DNA of 64,000 nucleotides from Fervidobacterium sp. (GCA_049970055.1 JBMFNR010000002.1:116406-180405); one strand, 5' to 3'; positions 19,028 to 29,956 are shown, counted from the stretch's first letter. Made by a program: numbers and translations. The notes: generated by a model not told the origin, from the sequence alone.

Positions 19028-20119
19028 TTAAATTTTTGATAACTCTTTTAATGGCTCTTTAATTTTTTGTTGGTACTCTCTTTTTTGAATGTTTGAACTT
19101 GAAGCATTTATAAGTGATTCTATGTCCTTCCCATCTTTTCCATATTCTGCCAATCCAATTGTTGATGAAACGTGCAGTTCCATGTTATTCAGAAATCTGT
19201 CCATAGTATCATAGACCCTTTGGATAAGTGCTTCTGGAACTTCGTTTGATATGCTTAGTATGACAAACCTTCCACGTTCAATCGAGCACAAAATATCACT
19301 CTTTCTAAGTACTTTTTCAACAGCTTTTGAAAGCTTCTTTAAAACATTGTTTCCAAATTCTACGCCTTCTTTCCTATCCAGTTCACTAAAATTATCGAGT
19401 GATATGATCAAAAAGAATAATCTTCCTAAATTTCTTTTTGCCATCGAAACATACCTTTCAAAATAATTACCCAGCGCTCTATAATTCGGCAAAAACGTTA
19501 TGGGATCGATAAGCATAACTCGATTTACTTGTTCCATATGATCTTTCAAAGATTTTATAAGCTCGAATCTTTCAACTGACAATGAGAGCAGAGTTCCAAT
19601 CATCTCAGCAAATGGAAGAAAGCCTTTTTCTTCAAATGTTTCTTCACTGTCCCACGTATCAAGGTTAAAAAAGCCTACGATCTTTCTTTGAACCTTTATA
19701 GGAATAGAAACAAAAGCTTTTATATTTTCAATACTTTTTGACTCTTTCAAAGATTCTGCTGGTACGCCTAATTTTTGCGATAATTCTTTAATTAGATCTA
19801 TCGATCCTCTTTTCATAATATAAACATTTTTATAGCGTCTCAAAGCTATTTCTTCCTTTGTATATTTTACGTTCTTTAACAAATCGAAGTTGTGGTTGCA
19901 AGCTGCCACGTAATAGAAGACCCCATCTTCATCTTTTAGCAAAACGCTACCGCTATGTATAAACGAAACGTTGTCCACAATAGTCTTCAACAATGCTTCA
20001 TATTCTTTACCCTTTAAAGGGGTTTTTCGCTCCGTTGATAATTCAAGTAAGAACTCAGAAAATTTAATAAACGCTTTCTCCAATTCCCTGTGGATTTCTT
20101 CGCTCACAATATCTTTCAC
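19028..20119 (-). CDS. GAF plus degenerate GGDEF-domain protein
   Basis: GAF (SIPIKVQRKIVGFFNLD), DPITFLPNYRAL, LDNF..L.R. The active-site position reads IERGRF. Confidence 0.8.
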   Translation of the reverse strand: MKDIVSEEIHRELEKAFIKFSEFLLELSTERKTPLKGKEYEALLKTIVDNVSFIHSGSVLLKDEDGVFYYVAACNHNFDLLKNVKYTKEEIALRRYKNVYIMKRGSIDLIKELSQKLGVPAESLKESKSIENIKAFVSIPIKVQRKIVGFFNLDTWDSEETFEEKGFLPFAEMIGTLLSLSVERFELIKSLKDHMEQVNRVMLIDPITFLPNYRALGNYFERYVSMAKRNLGRLFFLIISLDNFSELDRKEGVEFGNNVLKKLSKAVEKVLRKSDILCSIERGRFVILSISNEVPEALIQRVYDTMDRFLNNMELHVSSTIGLAEYGKDGKDIESLINASSSNIQKREYQQKIKEPLKELSKI

Positions 20120-20319
20120 CTCTTGAATATATCATTACATATCATTGCCAATCATTGCCGAAGATTTCGCACAAAATTACTATTTTTTCTGATATAATAT
20201 AAGCAGACTACAAAAATATTCTAACATAATCCAGCTTAGATTACGTGTGTTTTTTTATAATTTGCGTTTTAGCAATTATTATGTAATTTTTTGATTATTT
20301 TGTTAACTAATGTAGGCAA

Positions 20320-23300
20320 ATGTTTAAAGAGGTGAGGGAAATAGCTATTCCTGGTTATTGGATATATTTAGTATTTTTCCTTTTGTACAACGTAATTCTT
20401 TCTTTTCAGATGCTTTTAACATTTCTAAAGTACAAAAACAGGTCCTTAGGTTTTTCAGGGATTTTTCTTTCACTACTAATAGCCATATATTCTTTTGGAT
20501 ACGCCATGGAGATACTCGCTATTTTGAATAACAACAGAATTTCCGCGTTCAATTGGTACAAGTTTAAATATATTTCAGTACCTTTCCTTTCACTAAGCTG
20601 GCTTGCTTTTTTGACAATTTTAGTCGGTAAGAAAATAAAGGTTAAAATTTTCACTTCGTTGGCTACTGTACCCATCATTGTTCTCATATCAGTTTTAGCA
20701 AACAATCTGCATAATTTATATGTGAAAGGTTATCTTGAAAGCGGCAGATATACAATCCCCGGCCCAATTTTTTACGTACATATAGTATATCAGATCACCT
20801 TAGTGTTTATATCTTGCATCATTTTGCTAAAATCTATAAAGCATGAAATGACATACGTTCAAAAAAACACCATTATACATTTATCAGCGGCTCTATTGAT
20901 CCCATCATTATTGAACATAGTTTATGTCTTGCTTAAGTTAAAAGTAGATCTTACAGTTTTTGGCCTTGGTATTTCAATGATTATCTTGCTTTACGAAGTG
21001 CAAAAAGTGTCTGGAATCGACTTAAAAGAAGCGATAAAAGAAACAGTATATAACTCGACCAATGATATGATTTTAGTTATAAACGATAAAAATATCATAA
21101 TCGATTACAATGAAAAATTCAAGCAGATGGCAGAAAACATATTAAATGTTAAAGAACTGAAATTTAAGAATGTGCAGAATGTGCTTTCTGCTGAATGTAT
21201 ATCAGCAATAGAAAATGAAAACGGTATAGTGGAAAAACATGGATATTACTTTCAAATAAAGGTAAGTGAAGTAAAAAATAAGAGTGGAAAAATTGTTGGG
21301 AAAGTCGTTTTTTTCCATGATATTACTGATATAAAAGAGCTTGAAAAGAAAAGATTTCTGGAAAATGAAATGTACAAAACACTATTTGAGTTCGCCCCTA
21401 TTGGTATACTGATCGAAGATTCAGCTGGAAATATTTTAGATGCTAACGAAGAATTCTGTAAAATAAATGGTTTGTCCAAAGATGAAATCATCGGCAAGCA
21501 CGTTTCTGTGTTAGCTCCTAAAGAAGACTATGAAAAAGTTATCAAGAACATTCAAAGTATCCTATCGGGTAAAACGTTGGTTCACATCGCTCGAAGTATT
21601 TTCAAAAACGGTCCGATTAAGTATCTTCAATTGTACGAAAGAAAGGTAACGCTACCTAACAATAATACAGGAATATTATCTATACAAAAAGACATCACAA
21701 AAGAAATATTAGCACGCGATTTAGTAAAATCACTGGCAAAAAGTCAAAACACCATACTAAATCTTGCACTGAATCTTATTAACGCACCTGTAGAGAATAT
21801 GGACATTGAAATCTCAAGAGCTTTAGAATTGGTGGCTAAAGAGCTGAACATTGATCGAATAAGGGTTTATAAAATATCACAAAACGGTGAATTTCAAACT
21901 CTCAATATGTTTAGTTTTCCGGCAAACGAAACTCCAATCTCGTTCAATATAGATGACGTAAAAGGTAATGAACTCGATCTTTTGCTCAGTGGTAAACAAT
22001 TCTCAATCTTTAAAGAAGATACGTCGAATCAGGTTATAAAAAATATACTCGGCGAATATTGCTGCACACTAATAACACCGATAAGATCTAAGGATCAAGT
22101 AATTGGCTTTGTAAGTGCAGTTTCAAAAGAGAAAAAAGAATGGTCAGTCGTTGAAAAACGAATATTATTAATACTCACAACGCTTATTGCAAATGCTCAA
22201 ATAAAAAAGGAATACGAAGAAGAACTTCTCAAAGCTAAGCAAGAAGCTGAAAAAGCTAACTATGCAAAAAGCGCATTTCTTGCAAGCGTTAGCCACGAGA
22301 TAAGAACACCACTAAATGGAATAATAGGATTTGCAAATTTACTTGCTGAAACCAAACTTGACGAAAAGCAGAGAAAATACATTTCAATTATCCTTAAGTC
22401 AACAGACGTTCTAATGGAGATAATAAATGATGTATTAGATCTTTCAAAAATCGAGAGTGGTAAATTTCAAATTGAACCTATCGAAACAAACGTAAAAACG
22501 GAACTTCAAAGTGCACTTACATTGTACGAAGCAAAAGCAAAAGAGAAGAATGTTAGTTATGAAATTTTTATTGATGAAAACATCTCAGGTTGTCTTATTA
22601 TCGATATTGTTAGAATCAATCAGGTAATCTACAATCTGGTAAGTAACGCGATAAAATTTACACCAGCAGGTGGCTCAGTGAAAGTCTCAATAAAAAAAAT
22701 CTCAGAAGACACTGAATTTGAAACTCTTTTATTTTCTGTAAGAGATACAGGCATAGGTATACCAAAGGAACGACTTAATAAGGTATTTGAGCCCTTTGAA
22801 CAAGCTGACATTTCGATAACGCGAAAATACGGTGGGACGGGTCTGGGGCTTTCGATAAGCCAAAATATCGTTAATATGATGGGATCTAAGATGAAGGTTG
22901 AAAGTGAGGAAGGAAAGGGAAGTCACTTTTATTTCAAACTAAAAGTTAAAAAATGTGCTAAAAAGCTTGTTGAACGAAAAACCACAGATGGAGGAAAAAT
23001 AAAATATAAAGCAAAAGTGCTTGTTGCTGAAGATTATGACATCAACAGATTACTGATGTTAGAAATTTTCAAACGTTACGATATAGAACCAGACTTTGCC
23101 AAAGATGGAAGAGAAGCTGTTGAAATGGCTTTAAAAAATAGTTACGATATTATCTTTATGGACATTTTAATGCCTGTAATGGACGGCATAGAGGCAACAA
23201 AGAAAATACGAGCCGCTAATATTGATGTTCCAATAATAGCGTTAACAGCACACGCACTAAAAAGTGTAAAAGATGACGTAATGGCTGTAGGAATGAACGA

Positions 23301-23817
23301 TTATTTAACAAAACCAATTAAGCTTGAGGAAATTGAAAGAGTGTTGGAAAAATTTTGCAAACATTTGTCTATAGCAGTTAATGAAATCGAAAGTCAAAAA
23401 AAGACTGAATCGGAAAAACAAGAAAACGAAAGATCAGACGAATTTACAAAGCAAATCGATGAAGCTTTTGAAAACACAAAGACTCAACAAGGATTTGATG
23501 ATGAATTTATGAGGGAGTTGGTTCTCACGTTCATTGCTTCATCAAAGAAAAGTATCACAAACATAAAATATGCAATTTCAAACTTGGATTTTAATACGAT
23601 TGAAAGAGAGGCACACAGTATCAAAGGAGCTGCGAAGACTTTGAATTTGACTGACATTGTGGATTTGTCTTACGCAGTGGAAAAGAACGCAATGGAAAAA
23701 GATGTCAAATTCGATTACAAATTATACACTGAGAAATTAGAGGAGAAAATAAATAATGTAATTACCTTCTTCGAGAAAAAGTACAACACAAAGATTAACA
23801 GCATCAATAAAAATTAA
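20320..23817 (+). CDS. Hybrid sensor histidine kinase (7TM-PAS-PAS-GAF-HisKA-HATPase-REC-Hpt)
   Basis: [46 protein letters not shown]. Confidence 0.93.
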   Translation: MFKEVREIAIPGYWIYLVFFLLYNVILSFQMLLTFLKYKNRSLGFSGIFLSLLIAIYSFGYAMEILAILNNNRISAFNWYKFKYISVPFLSLSWLAFLTILVGKKIKVKIFTSLATVPIIVLISVLANNLHNLYVKGYLESGRYTIPGPIFYVHIVYQITLVFISCIILLKSIKHEMTYVQKNTIIHLSAALLIPSLLNIVYVLLKLKVDLTVFGLGISMIILLYEVQKVSGIDLKEAIKETVYNSTNDMILVINDKNIIIDYNEKFKQMAENILNVKELKFKNVQNVLSAECISAIENENGIVEKHGYYFQIKVSEVKNKSGKIVGKVVFFHDITDIKELEKKRFLENEMYKTLFEFAPIGILIEDSAGNILDANEEFCKINGLSKDEIIGKHVSVLAPKEDYEKVIKNIQSILSGKTLVHIARSIFKNGPIKYLQLYERKVTLPNNNTGILSIQKDITKEILARDLVKSLAKSQNTILNLALNLINAPVENMDIEISRALELVAKELNIDRIRVYKISQNGEFQTLNMFSFPANETPISFNIDDVKGNELDLLLSGKQFSIFKEDTSNQVIKNILGEYCCTLITPIRSKDQVIGFVSAVSKEKKEWSVVEKRILLILTTLIANAQIKKEYEEELLKAKQEAEKANYAKSAFLASVSHEIRTPLNGIIGFANLLAETKLDEKQRKYISIILKSTDVLMEIINDVLDLSKIESGKFQIEPIETNVKTELQSALTLYEAKAKEKNVSYEIFIDENISGCLIIDIVRINQVIYNLVSNAIKFTPAGGSVKVSIKKISEDTEFETLLFSVRDTGIGIPKERLNKVFEPFEQADISITRKYGGTGLGLSISQNIVNMMGSKMKVESEEGKGSHFYFKLKVKKCAKKLVERKTTDGGKIKYKAKVLVAEDYDINRLLMLEIFKRYDIEPDFAKDGREAVEMALKNSYDIIFMDILMPVMDGIEATKKIRAANIDVPIIALTAHALKSVKDDVMAVGMNDYLTKPIKLEEIERVLEKFCKHLSIAVNEIESQKKTESEKQENERSDEFTKQIDEAFENTKTQQGFDDEFMRELVLTFIASSKKSITNIKYAISNLDFNTIEREAHSIKGAAKTLNLTDIVDLSYAVEKNAMEKDVKFDYKLYTEKLEEKINNVITFFEKKYNTKINSINKN

Positions 23818-23841
23818 AAAGATTAACAAATACGAAAATAA

Positions 23842-25071
23842 CTAACAATGACCGATAAAATCAATGATATCTTCGTCAAATTTTCTCAGAGAATTAGTTA
23901 AGAATTCTGTTCTTTTTATGGTTTCCTCAACGTTTTTCGCAGCAAATCCATTTCCGCACGGAATATTAACATTTTTTAATGCCAACTTGGAAGCATTTAA
24001 AGCCATCTGAGTGCCGATACTTGCTTTCAAAGCGCACCCTCTTTTAGCTCCATCACAAGTAATGCCAAAAAGTGTAGCGAGGACGTTATTTATAGAATTT
24101 TTTATCTGCTCACTACCCCCACCTGAAAGATAAGTAATTGCGGCACTGCTCCCAGCTGAGGCTATGGAGCCTGCACCACAGATCGGTGTTAAGACACCCG
24201 TGTAAGCTTTTATATAAATTGTTACAAGTATACTCAATATAACAGCCTTTTGAATTCTATCTTCAGCAACGTTATTATTCAACCCGTACAAAGCGGGTGG
24301 TACGATACAAGAGATACCTTGATTTCCACTGCCCGCAACTGTCATTACAGGGATCAAAGCTCCACTCATTCGTTCATCTACACCAGCAGCTACATATGCT
24401 GGGATACCTTCTTCTAGTGCAAAGCCAAAGTTACCTTCTTTCTTTAGACCTTGTTTTGCCGCATTTAAGTTGTAAGTTATCCCTTCTTTTACCAACTCTA
24501 TAACATCATCGTGTGGATTTTCAATGTATTTTAGTAAATCATTTAATGTGATTGATTTTATAGAGTCTTTTTTAAAACTTACACTTGTCTGCGTGTTCAA
24601 AATTTCTTTTCCGTCAACAGTGATTTTGCTTACATTGTCGTGAGAATCTGTTATTTCGACTAAAACTTCATTGGCAGCTTTTAATCTTGTTTTTATATGC
24701 AAGTTGTATGAATTTTCGTATTTTATACTTACCTTTTCTTTCAATAAATAAGCGGCTGATAAGGCTTTTGAATCAACGTCCTTAAAAACTTGTAATCCTA
24801 ACTCATATTTTCCAACGATATAAGCCAGAGCAGCTGCAAGTTCAAAACCATGAAGATGCGTACCTGGAATACCAACTTCCAATCCATTCTTGTATGTGTT
24901 CCTATCCATTGCAACTTCAATACTTTCCAGTTCGCCTTTTAAGTACTTTTTCCCAACAGCAACAGATAAACCAACAGCAACAGGTTCTGTGCATCCGTAA
25001 GACAACTTAACGTTGTCGAAGAATATTTCTCTAATAATATCAAAATTATTCAGGTTGTTTAAATTCTTCAT
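23842..25071 (-). CDS. L-cysteine desulfidase (CyuA/CdsB-like, serine dehydratase alpha family)
   Basis: GCTEP, GSGNQG, PICG, CDGAKRGCALK. ATGA overlap with metF. Confidence 0.85.
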   Translation of the reverse strand: MKNLNNLNNFDIIREIFFDNVKLSYGCTEPVAVGLSVAVGKKYLKGELESIEVAMDRNTYKNGLEVGIPGTHLHGFELAAALAYIVGKYELGLQVFKDVDSKALSAAYLLKEKVSIKYENSYNLHIKTRLKAANEVLVEITDSHDNVSKITVDGKEILNTQTSVSFKKDSIKSITLNDLLKYIENPHDDVIELVKEGITYNLNAAKQGLKKEGNFGFALEEGIPAYVAAGVDERMSGALIPVMTVAGSGNQGISCIVPPALYGLNNNVAEDRIQKAVILSILVTIYIKAYTGVLTPICGAGSIASAGSSAAITYLSGGGSEQIKNSINNVLATLFGITCDGAKRGCALKASIGTQMALNASKLALKNVNIPCGNGFAAKNVEETIKRTEFLTNSLRKFDEDIIDFIGHC

Positions 25072-26003
25072 ACCGTAGCCTCCCTGAGGATTGTACAAAC
25101 TTCTTCGCCTCGTCCCATAGTAAATATATGAACACCCGGTGCACCTGCGTCAAAAAGTTCCTCGATAAGTTTAATGGTAAATTTTACTCCATTTCTGAAT
25201 TCTTCATCTTCCGATTTAGCATCTTCCATGAGGCTTACAAGTTCTTGGGGAATACTAACAAAGAATTTTTTCGGTATCGAATAAATTGATCTTTTACTAA
25301 CCACAGGCTTTACACCTGGAATAATGGGAACATCAATTCCACTCTCTCTACACTTATTAACAAAGTTTTTGTAAATTTCTGCTTCAAAAATCATTTGAGT
25401 AATTACAAACTGTGCTCCATTATCAACTTTTTCTTTTAAAACTTTCAAATCTACCTCGATATTTGGAGATCCAAAATGTTTTTCCGGATAACCAGCAACT
25501 CCTATGCAAAAATTTGTTGGTTTAGCTTTTGTATAAAGATAACTACCGCGATTCATAGATGAGATCTGTCTCACAAGTTCCACTGCATATTTATAATCGC
25601 CTTTAATTTTTGTTTCATTGGTTGCCTCTCCATGCACAACAAAAACATTCTCAATACCCATAATAGAAAGGTCTATGAGTATCTCTTCCATTTCGAATTT
25701 GTTCATACCTTTACAAACCAAATGCGGCACAACATCGATATTGTACCTCTTCATAAGAGCAGCAGTCAAACCGATTGTGCCCGGTCTTTTAACCTTTTGG
25801 ACCTTTATAATTCCATTTTTTGTTTCCAAATATTCAATTTCAACTGGATGCCTTGTTATGTTAATGAAAGATATATCATACTTCACTAGTCTATCAAGTG
25901 TGGAAAATACATTTTCAACATCTTCGCCTCTTTTGGGAGGAATTATCTCTATTGAAATTATCCTTTTATTTCTCAGTTTATCCACTACCTTCACATTTGA
26001 CAC
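25068..26003 (-). CDS. metF: Methylenetetrahydrofolate reductase
   Basis: SIEIIPP, VPHLVC, VAGYPEKH, KEKVDNGAQFVITQ, GVHIFTM. Confidence 0.92.
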   Translation of the reverse strand: MSNVKVVDKLRNKRIISIEIIPPKRGEDVENVFSTLDRLVKYDISFINITRHPVEIEYLETKNGIIKVQKVKRPGTIGLTAALMKRYNIDVVPHLVCKGMNKFEMEEILIDLSIMGIENVFVVHGEATNETKIKGDYKYAVELVRQISSMNRGSYLYTKAKPTNFCIGVAGYPEKHFGSPNIEVDLKVLKEKVDNGAQFVITQMIFEAEIYKNFVNKCRESGIDVPIIPGVKPVVSKRSIYSIPKKFFVSIPQELVSLMEDAKSEDEEFRNGVKFTIKLIEELFDAGAPGVHIFTMGRGEEVCTILREATV

Positions 26004-26006
26004 CTC

Positions 26007-26747
26007 TCACATTTCAATTTTAATATTTCCCAAAACGCCTAATCTATCGTTATATGCCACCACTATACCCTCGATGTGTTTTCCAATAGTGTTTTGCGCT
26101 TTTTCTAAAACAATTTTAATATCGTCCACAGATCTTACCATATTTGCAAATTTTGTTGCAAATGCATCGGCAATAGCTGCATCCTTAGCTACTACAACAA
26201 CAATGTCTGCGTTTCCGAAACTAAGCGAGTGCCCTATCTTTCCTGACGAACTACAAACACCATATTCACCTGGACCGATGACCAAAGAAACTTTGTTAAA
26301 ATCACTCTCAAAATTTGCAAAAATACCTATCCTTGTTTCGTCTTTTGAGTTTATATATATATCTCCACCATTTTCAATAATAACTTTCTCACACTCAAAC
26401 TTCTTAATTAAACTTTCTCCGATTATCTTTGCGAATGTTCCTGCAACACTTGCCATTGGTCCAACTTCCGCTAATCGTGAAGCTTCAACCATTATGCGCG
26501 CAACTTTAGGCATTTTCGGATTCGAATAAATTGGTTTCAAAGATTCATAGAAGTGTTTATCTACTTGTATGTAATCATATAGTGTATTGTACAATTTTTT
26601 GGCTAATTCATATGTATAATCAAGCATTTCGATAGAAAAAATATTTGACCGGATCCACAGATCTGTATATTTGTACTTCACATGGAAGTTTTGGAGATTA
26701 TCTGAAAATTTTTCGCGGTAAGACCTTTTCATTATTGGTATTTTCAC
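26007..26747 (-). CDS. UPF0280 / ApbE-like protein (COG2122)
   Basis: VGPMASVAG, IENGGDI, CSSSGKIGHSLSFGNAD, ADAFAT. Confidence 0.88.
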   Translation of the reverse strand: MKIPIMKRSYREKFSDNLQNFHVKYKYTDLWIRSNIFSIEMLDYTYELAKKLYNTLYDYIQVDKHFYESLKPIYSNPKMPKVARIMVEASRLAEVGPMASVAGTFAKIIGESLIKKFECEKVIIENGGDIYINSKDETRIGIFANFESDFNKVSLVIGPGEYGVCSSSGKIGHSLSFGNADIVVVVAKDAAIADAFATKFANMVRSVDDIKIVLEKAQNTIGKHIEGIVVAYNDRLGVLGNIKIEM

Positions 26748-26772
26748 CCAACCTCATCCACCTTTTCCAACT

Positions 26773-28159
26773 TTAGTATGCGGTACTTTCGAATTTATTG
26801 TTTAATCCTTTTTCGTATGGCAACGTCAAATGTTCAGGACAGACATCGCTACATATCAAGCATTCCTTGCACTTCACAGTTTCGAAAAGAACCTCATCTC
26901 CTTTAAAGTAAAGTGCATCGTATTTACAAACACTAACACATGCTCCGCAGTGAAAACATGTCTTTACTAGCTTTTCTTTCAACTCCATGTAAGATTCTTC
27001 CATTGCTTCAGTCGCAAAGGAAACTTGGGCAAGATTCTTAAGTCTCCTTTCTTCCGATAACTTCTCAACAGCACTTGTTAAGAAAAAGTGCCCACTCTCC
27101 ATCCAATCTTTAAGTACCAAAGCAATCTGTCTAGCTTTTTTCAAACTTGAAAGTGGGCTTGTCTTAACTTTTTTTCCATTTATTTCAACATAACCACTCC
27201 GAAGCTCTTCATAACTTACAATCTTAACTAATGGTTTATCTATCTTCGAATAATCTCTTATCTCTGTATGTATCCTACTATTTGGTAAACTTACATAGTA
27301 GGCTATCTCTTCATCGAGAACAGGTATCGGTACACCTACGCCAACAAACAAAGTTACACCGTAGTTCTTAAAATACGCTCCTTTTATAAATTCTGAGCTC
27401 ATCTTCTTTGCATCTCCGACAAGTGCAAGTGTACGTGAAGCAATCAAAGGCACACCATATTCATTTTCTTTTACAATGTTTCTGAATTGTGTCCCATACC
27501 ATGCTATGTAGCCAATACCACCACCTAGGAATATTCTTGTACCAATCCCCATGGTTAAAAGTTTTGGATCCTTCAACAAAGGACTGAGCTCTCCCGAAGT
27601 TGAATAAATAATGTTACCATACTGTGGAAGAAGTTTTCCCATGTAAGTGTACAATATTTTATCTGAACCGTTAGTTGCAGCGGTATAGTTTTGATAAGCA
27701 TTTCTTGGATTGAACAAGAAAAAGTCGTTAATCATATCTTTGTCTATGTACGCCTTGAAATATTTTCCTGGATAACAATCCGTACCTTTTCCCCAAGCTT
27801 CGAGAAGTACCCTTTCACCTTATAATGAGCAATTCTATTATATGCCCACCACCAAAAGTTTTATCATAATCAGATTCTTGCGTTGCTCCAATGTAGCCAT
27901 CTACAGCGGCAATTCCTCCGTAGACATCCACTCCTCCAAGTTTTATCTTTTCCATTCTCATAGGTGGTAGAGTATGACCGAAGTTCATAAAAGCTCCACT
28001 CGAACACATAGGTGCAAACGTACCTGTTGTAACCACATCCACCTTTCTTGCAATTTCCTTAAATCCTTCTTCTTTTGACAATTTAACAACTTCTTCTGCT
28101 GTTAATATCACTGCTTTGCCTTCGGCAATTTTTTTGTTGATTTCTTCAATAGTTTTCAT
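26773..28159 (-). pseudogene. DUF39 homocysteine biosynthesis protein (aspartate semialdehyde sulfurtransferase family) fused to 2x[4Fe-4S] ferredoxin; single frameshift
   Basis: MKTIEEINKKI..VDVVTTGTFAPMCSSG, then a one-base shift near 27820-27824 into GERVLLEAWGKGTDCYP..NPRNAYQNY. C-terminal CxxCxxCxxxC twice. Confidence 0.85.
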
Positions 28160-29292
28160 CACTGCTTGCACCCCCATATATATTATTGTTTTTGTCCGTG
28201 CCGAAAAATTCGCGATGTACTAAAGCAAGTGCTTCCTTATGTAAAGCCATACGGGAAGCGATTTCGCTCAAGATACCTGGTATCGTTCCAAAGTTGTGTC
28301 CTCTAAATTGCACGATTGAAATATCATCGGTCATTGAAATGCTCTTAATACAAGACATCAAATCATACTTGTGAATTTCACTTTCGTCTTCGCTTTCGCT
28401 TATTACAGTACATGCCAAATTACCATCAAGATGAATGCACTTATGCGCTTTTTTTTAAGATTTCATAACCGCAGAAACGGTATGTTTTTCGTTCTCAACG
28501 GTTCTACCGCATTGTGATGAATAATCTTCGCACCAAAATAAGACAACTCGTCTTCTTCGTCATAACTTAATTTTCTAACATTCTTTGAAAAACCTGTTAC
28601 CTTTGGATCACCTGAAAGAAAGCCAGGTACATCTTTTATCAAGATAACAGCTTTAGCATCTAAGCAGTATCCAAGAATAGTTGCTGTATAGTCACTTCCG
28701 CCGCGCCCAAGAATAGTGATATCTCCGTTAATACCAGACTTTCCGTAAAATCCTGGGACTATAAAATTTCCAATGCTTATTTCTTCTTTTAGATTTTCAA
28801 GCATTATTTTACTTTTTTCGAGAATTACACTCGCATTCCCATACTTTCCATTTGTTATTAAAAGATTCTCGGGTATATGATATTAAAGTCCATTCCGATA
28901 ATATTTGCAATTTTACTCACTATAAATTCCCCTGAACTTACAACTCTATCGTAAGCGAACTCTGGCACTTTTTTCAGCATTTTACAACCTTTCAAAATAT
29001 TATCCAAAGAAAAGATTTCTTTTTTTAAAGACAAATCGTCATTATCGAGAAATTTTTTATGAAAGTCATACATTTCGTATAAGAAATCTTCAATTCTTAT
29101 TTTGTTGATATTCTTCATAGCACTTATAATTTTATCGGTTACACCTTTTAGCGCACTAACAACTATGAACAACTGAACTTCTTTTTCTGTACCGTTGAGT
29201 TTTATTTTTCTTATAGAGCCAAGAATACTCAGTAAATTATCCCTAGAATCAAGTATAGAACCACCTATCTTCACAACTACCCTGCTCACCAT
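28146..29292 (-). pseudogene. Aspartate kinase, multiply disrupted
   Basis: VVKIGGS, VVSALKGVTD, SSGE / PGFYG, LGRGGSDYTA, DVPG..SGDP, ELSYFGAK / truncated ACT, spread over three ORFs. Shifts near 28870 and 28460. Confidence 0.88.
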
Positions 29293-29353
29293 CTTACACC
29301 TCCAAAAATTCTAAAAATAATAGTTATATTGCATTTTTTTGAAAATGTGGTAT

Positions 29354-29386
29354 AAAAAAAGCGGTCGGCTTTTGAAACCGACCGCT
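29354..29386 (-). terminator. Intrinsic terminator (attenuator) upstream of the Met operon
   Basis: Minus strand GCGGTCGGTT-TCAA-AGCCGACCGC followed by T7, about 60 nt before the aspartate kinase start. Confidence 0.88.
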
Positions 29387-29414
29387 GGTTTTTTGTAAAA
29401 CCAAAGTGGTGTAC

Positions 29415-29522
29415 CTATGTCTTCCAGCGATCGGTACACCACATCATTATAGACATCATATCAAAACTAACTTGAAGTTGTGCTTTTACATTTCTCCCAA
29501 GCACATTCGCAAGTATATCCAT
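29415..29522 (-). CDS. Putative Met-rich leader peptide (35 aa) MDILANVLGRNVKAQLQVSFDMMSIMMWCTDRWKT
   Basis: ATG 29522, TAG 29415-29417, GAGAGG RBS at 29532-29537. Four ATG codons in six positions directly before the alternative hairpins. Confidence 0.78.
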   Translation of the reverse strand: MDILANVLGRNVKAQLQVSFDMMSIMMWCTDRWKT

Positions 29523-29577
29523 AACTTTGGACCTCTCGGATCAAAAATAAAACGTGAGCTTGTTTTATTTGAGAAAG

Positions 29578-29605
29578 ATTATACAATAACTTTTCGAAAA
29601 ATCAA
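29578..29605 (-). promoter_or_regulatory. Sigma70-type promoter of leader/Met operon
   Basis: TTGATT-16 nt-TATAAT on the minus strand. Confidence 0.65.
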
Positions 29606-29632
29606 GTGCTTAAAAACATGGGGTGACTGTAA

Positions 29633-29917
29633 ATGTCTGAGATATTTGAAATTTGGAAAAAGTGGAACGTTAGGGGAATTGTACAAGGTGTAGGGTTCAG
29701 ACATTTTGTGAAAAACACGGCAAGGGCATTGGGTTTGAAAGGCTATGTAAAAAACGAAGAAGATGGAAGTGTCACAATCGTTGCAGGTGGAAATACTGAA
29801 CAGATAAAAGAACTTTTCAAAAAGATTATGGAAGGTAATGGGTGGAGTTATGTATCAGATTACGATGAAGAAGACCTACCAACTCAAGATTATAAAGATT
29901 TTCATGTAGAATTTTAG
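29633..29917 (+). CDS. acyP: Acylphosphatase
   Basis: GIVQGVGFR, GYVKNEEDGSV. Confidence 0.92.
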   Translation: MSEIFEIWKKWNVRGIVQGVGFRHFVKNTARALGLKGYVKNEEDGSVTIVAGGNTEQIKELFKKIMEGNGWSYVSDYDEEDLPTQDYKDFHVEF

Positions 29918-29956
29918 ATTTTTACTTAATTATACAGGGGAAGGAGTTGAACCAGA

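Noticed and set aside
25618..26529. 303-aa plus-strand ORF
   Set aside because: Antisense shadow of metF and the UPF0280 gene; no motifs.
27810..27830. Programmed frameshift in DUF39
   Set aside because: No slippery heptamer or obvious stimulatory structure, and the upstream gene is also broken. Mutation or sequencing error is simpler.
29293..29580. SAM-I riboswitch or T-box upstream of the Met operon
   Set aside because: No SAM-I core (ATCnAGAG...GCAACC...GTGC) or T-box motif (AGGGTGGnACCGCG) seen by eye. The uORF-attenuator model explains all the stems. Not confirmed with Rfam.
29406..29693. 95-aa plus-strand ORF
   Set aside because: Antisense to the leader, overlaps the acylphosphatase start, no RBS or recognisable motif.
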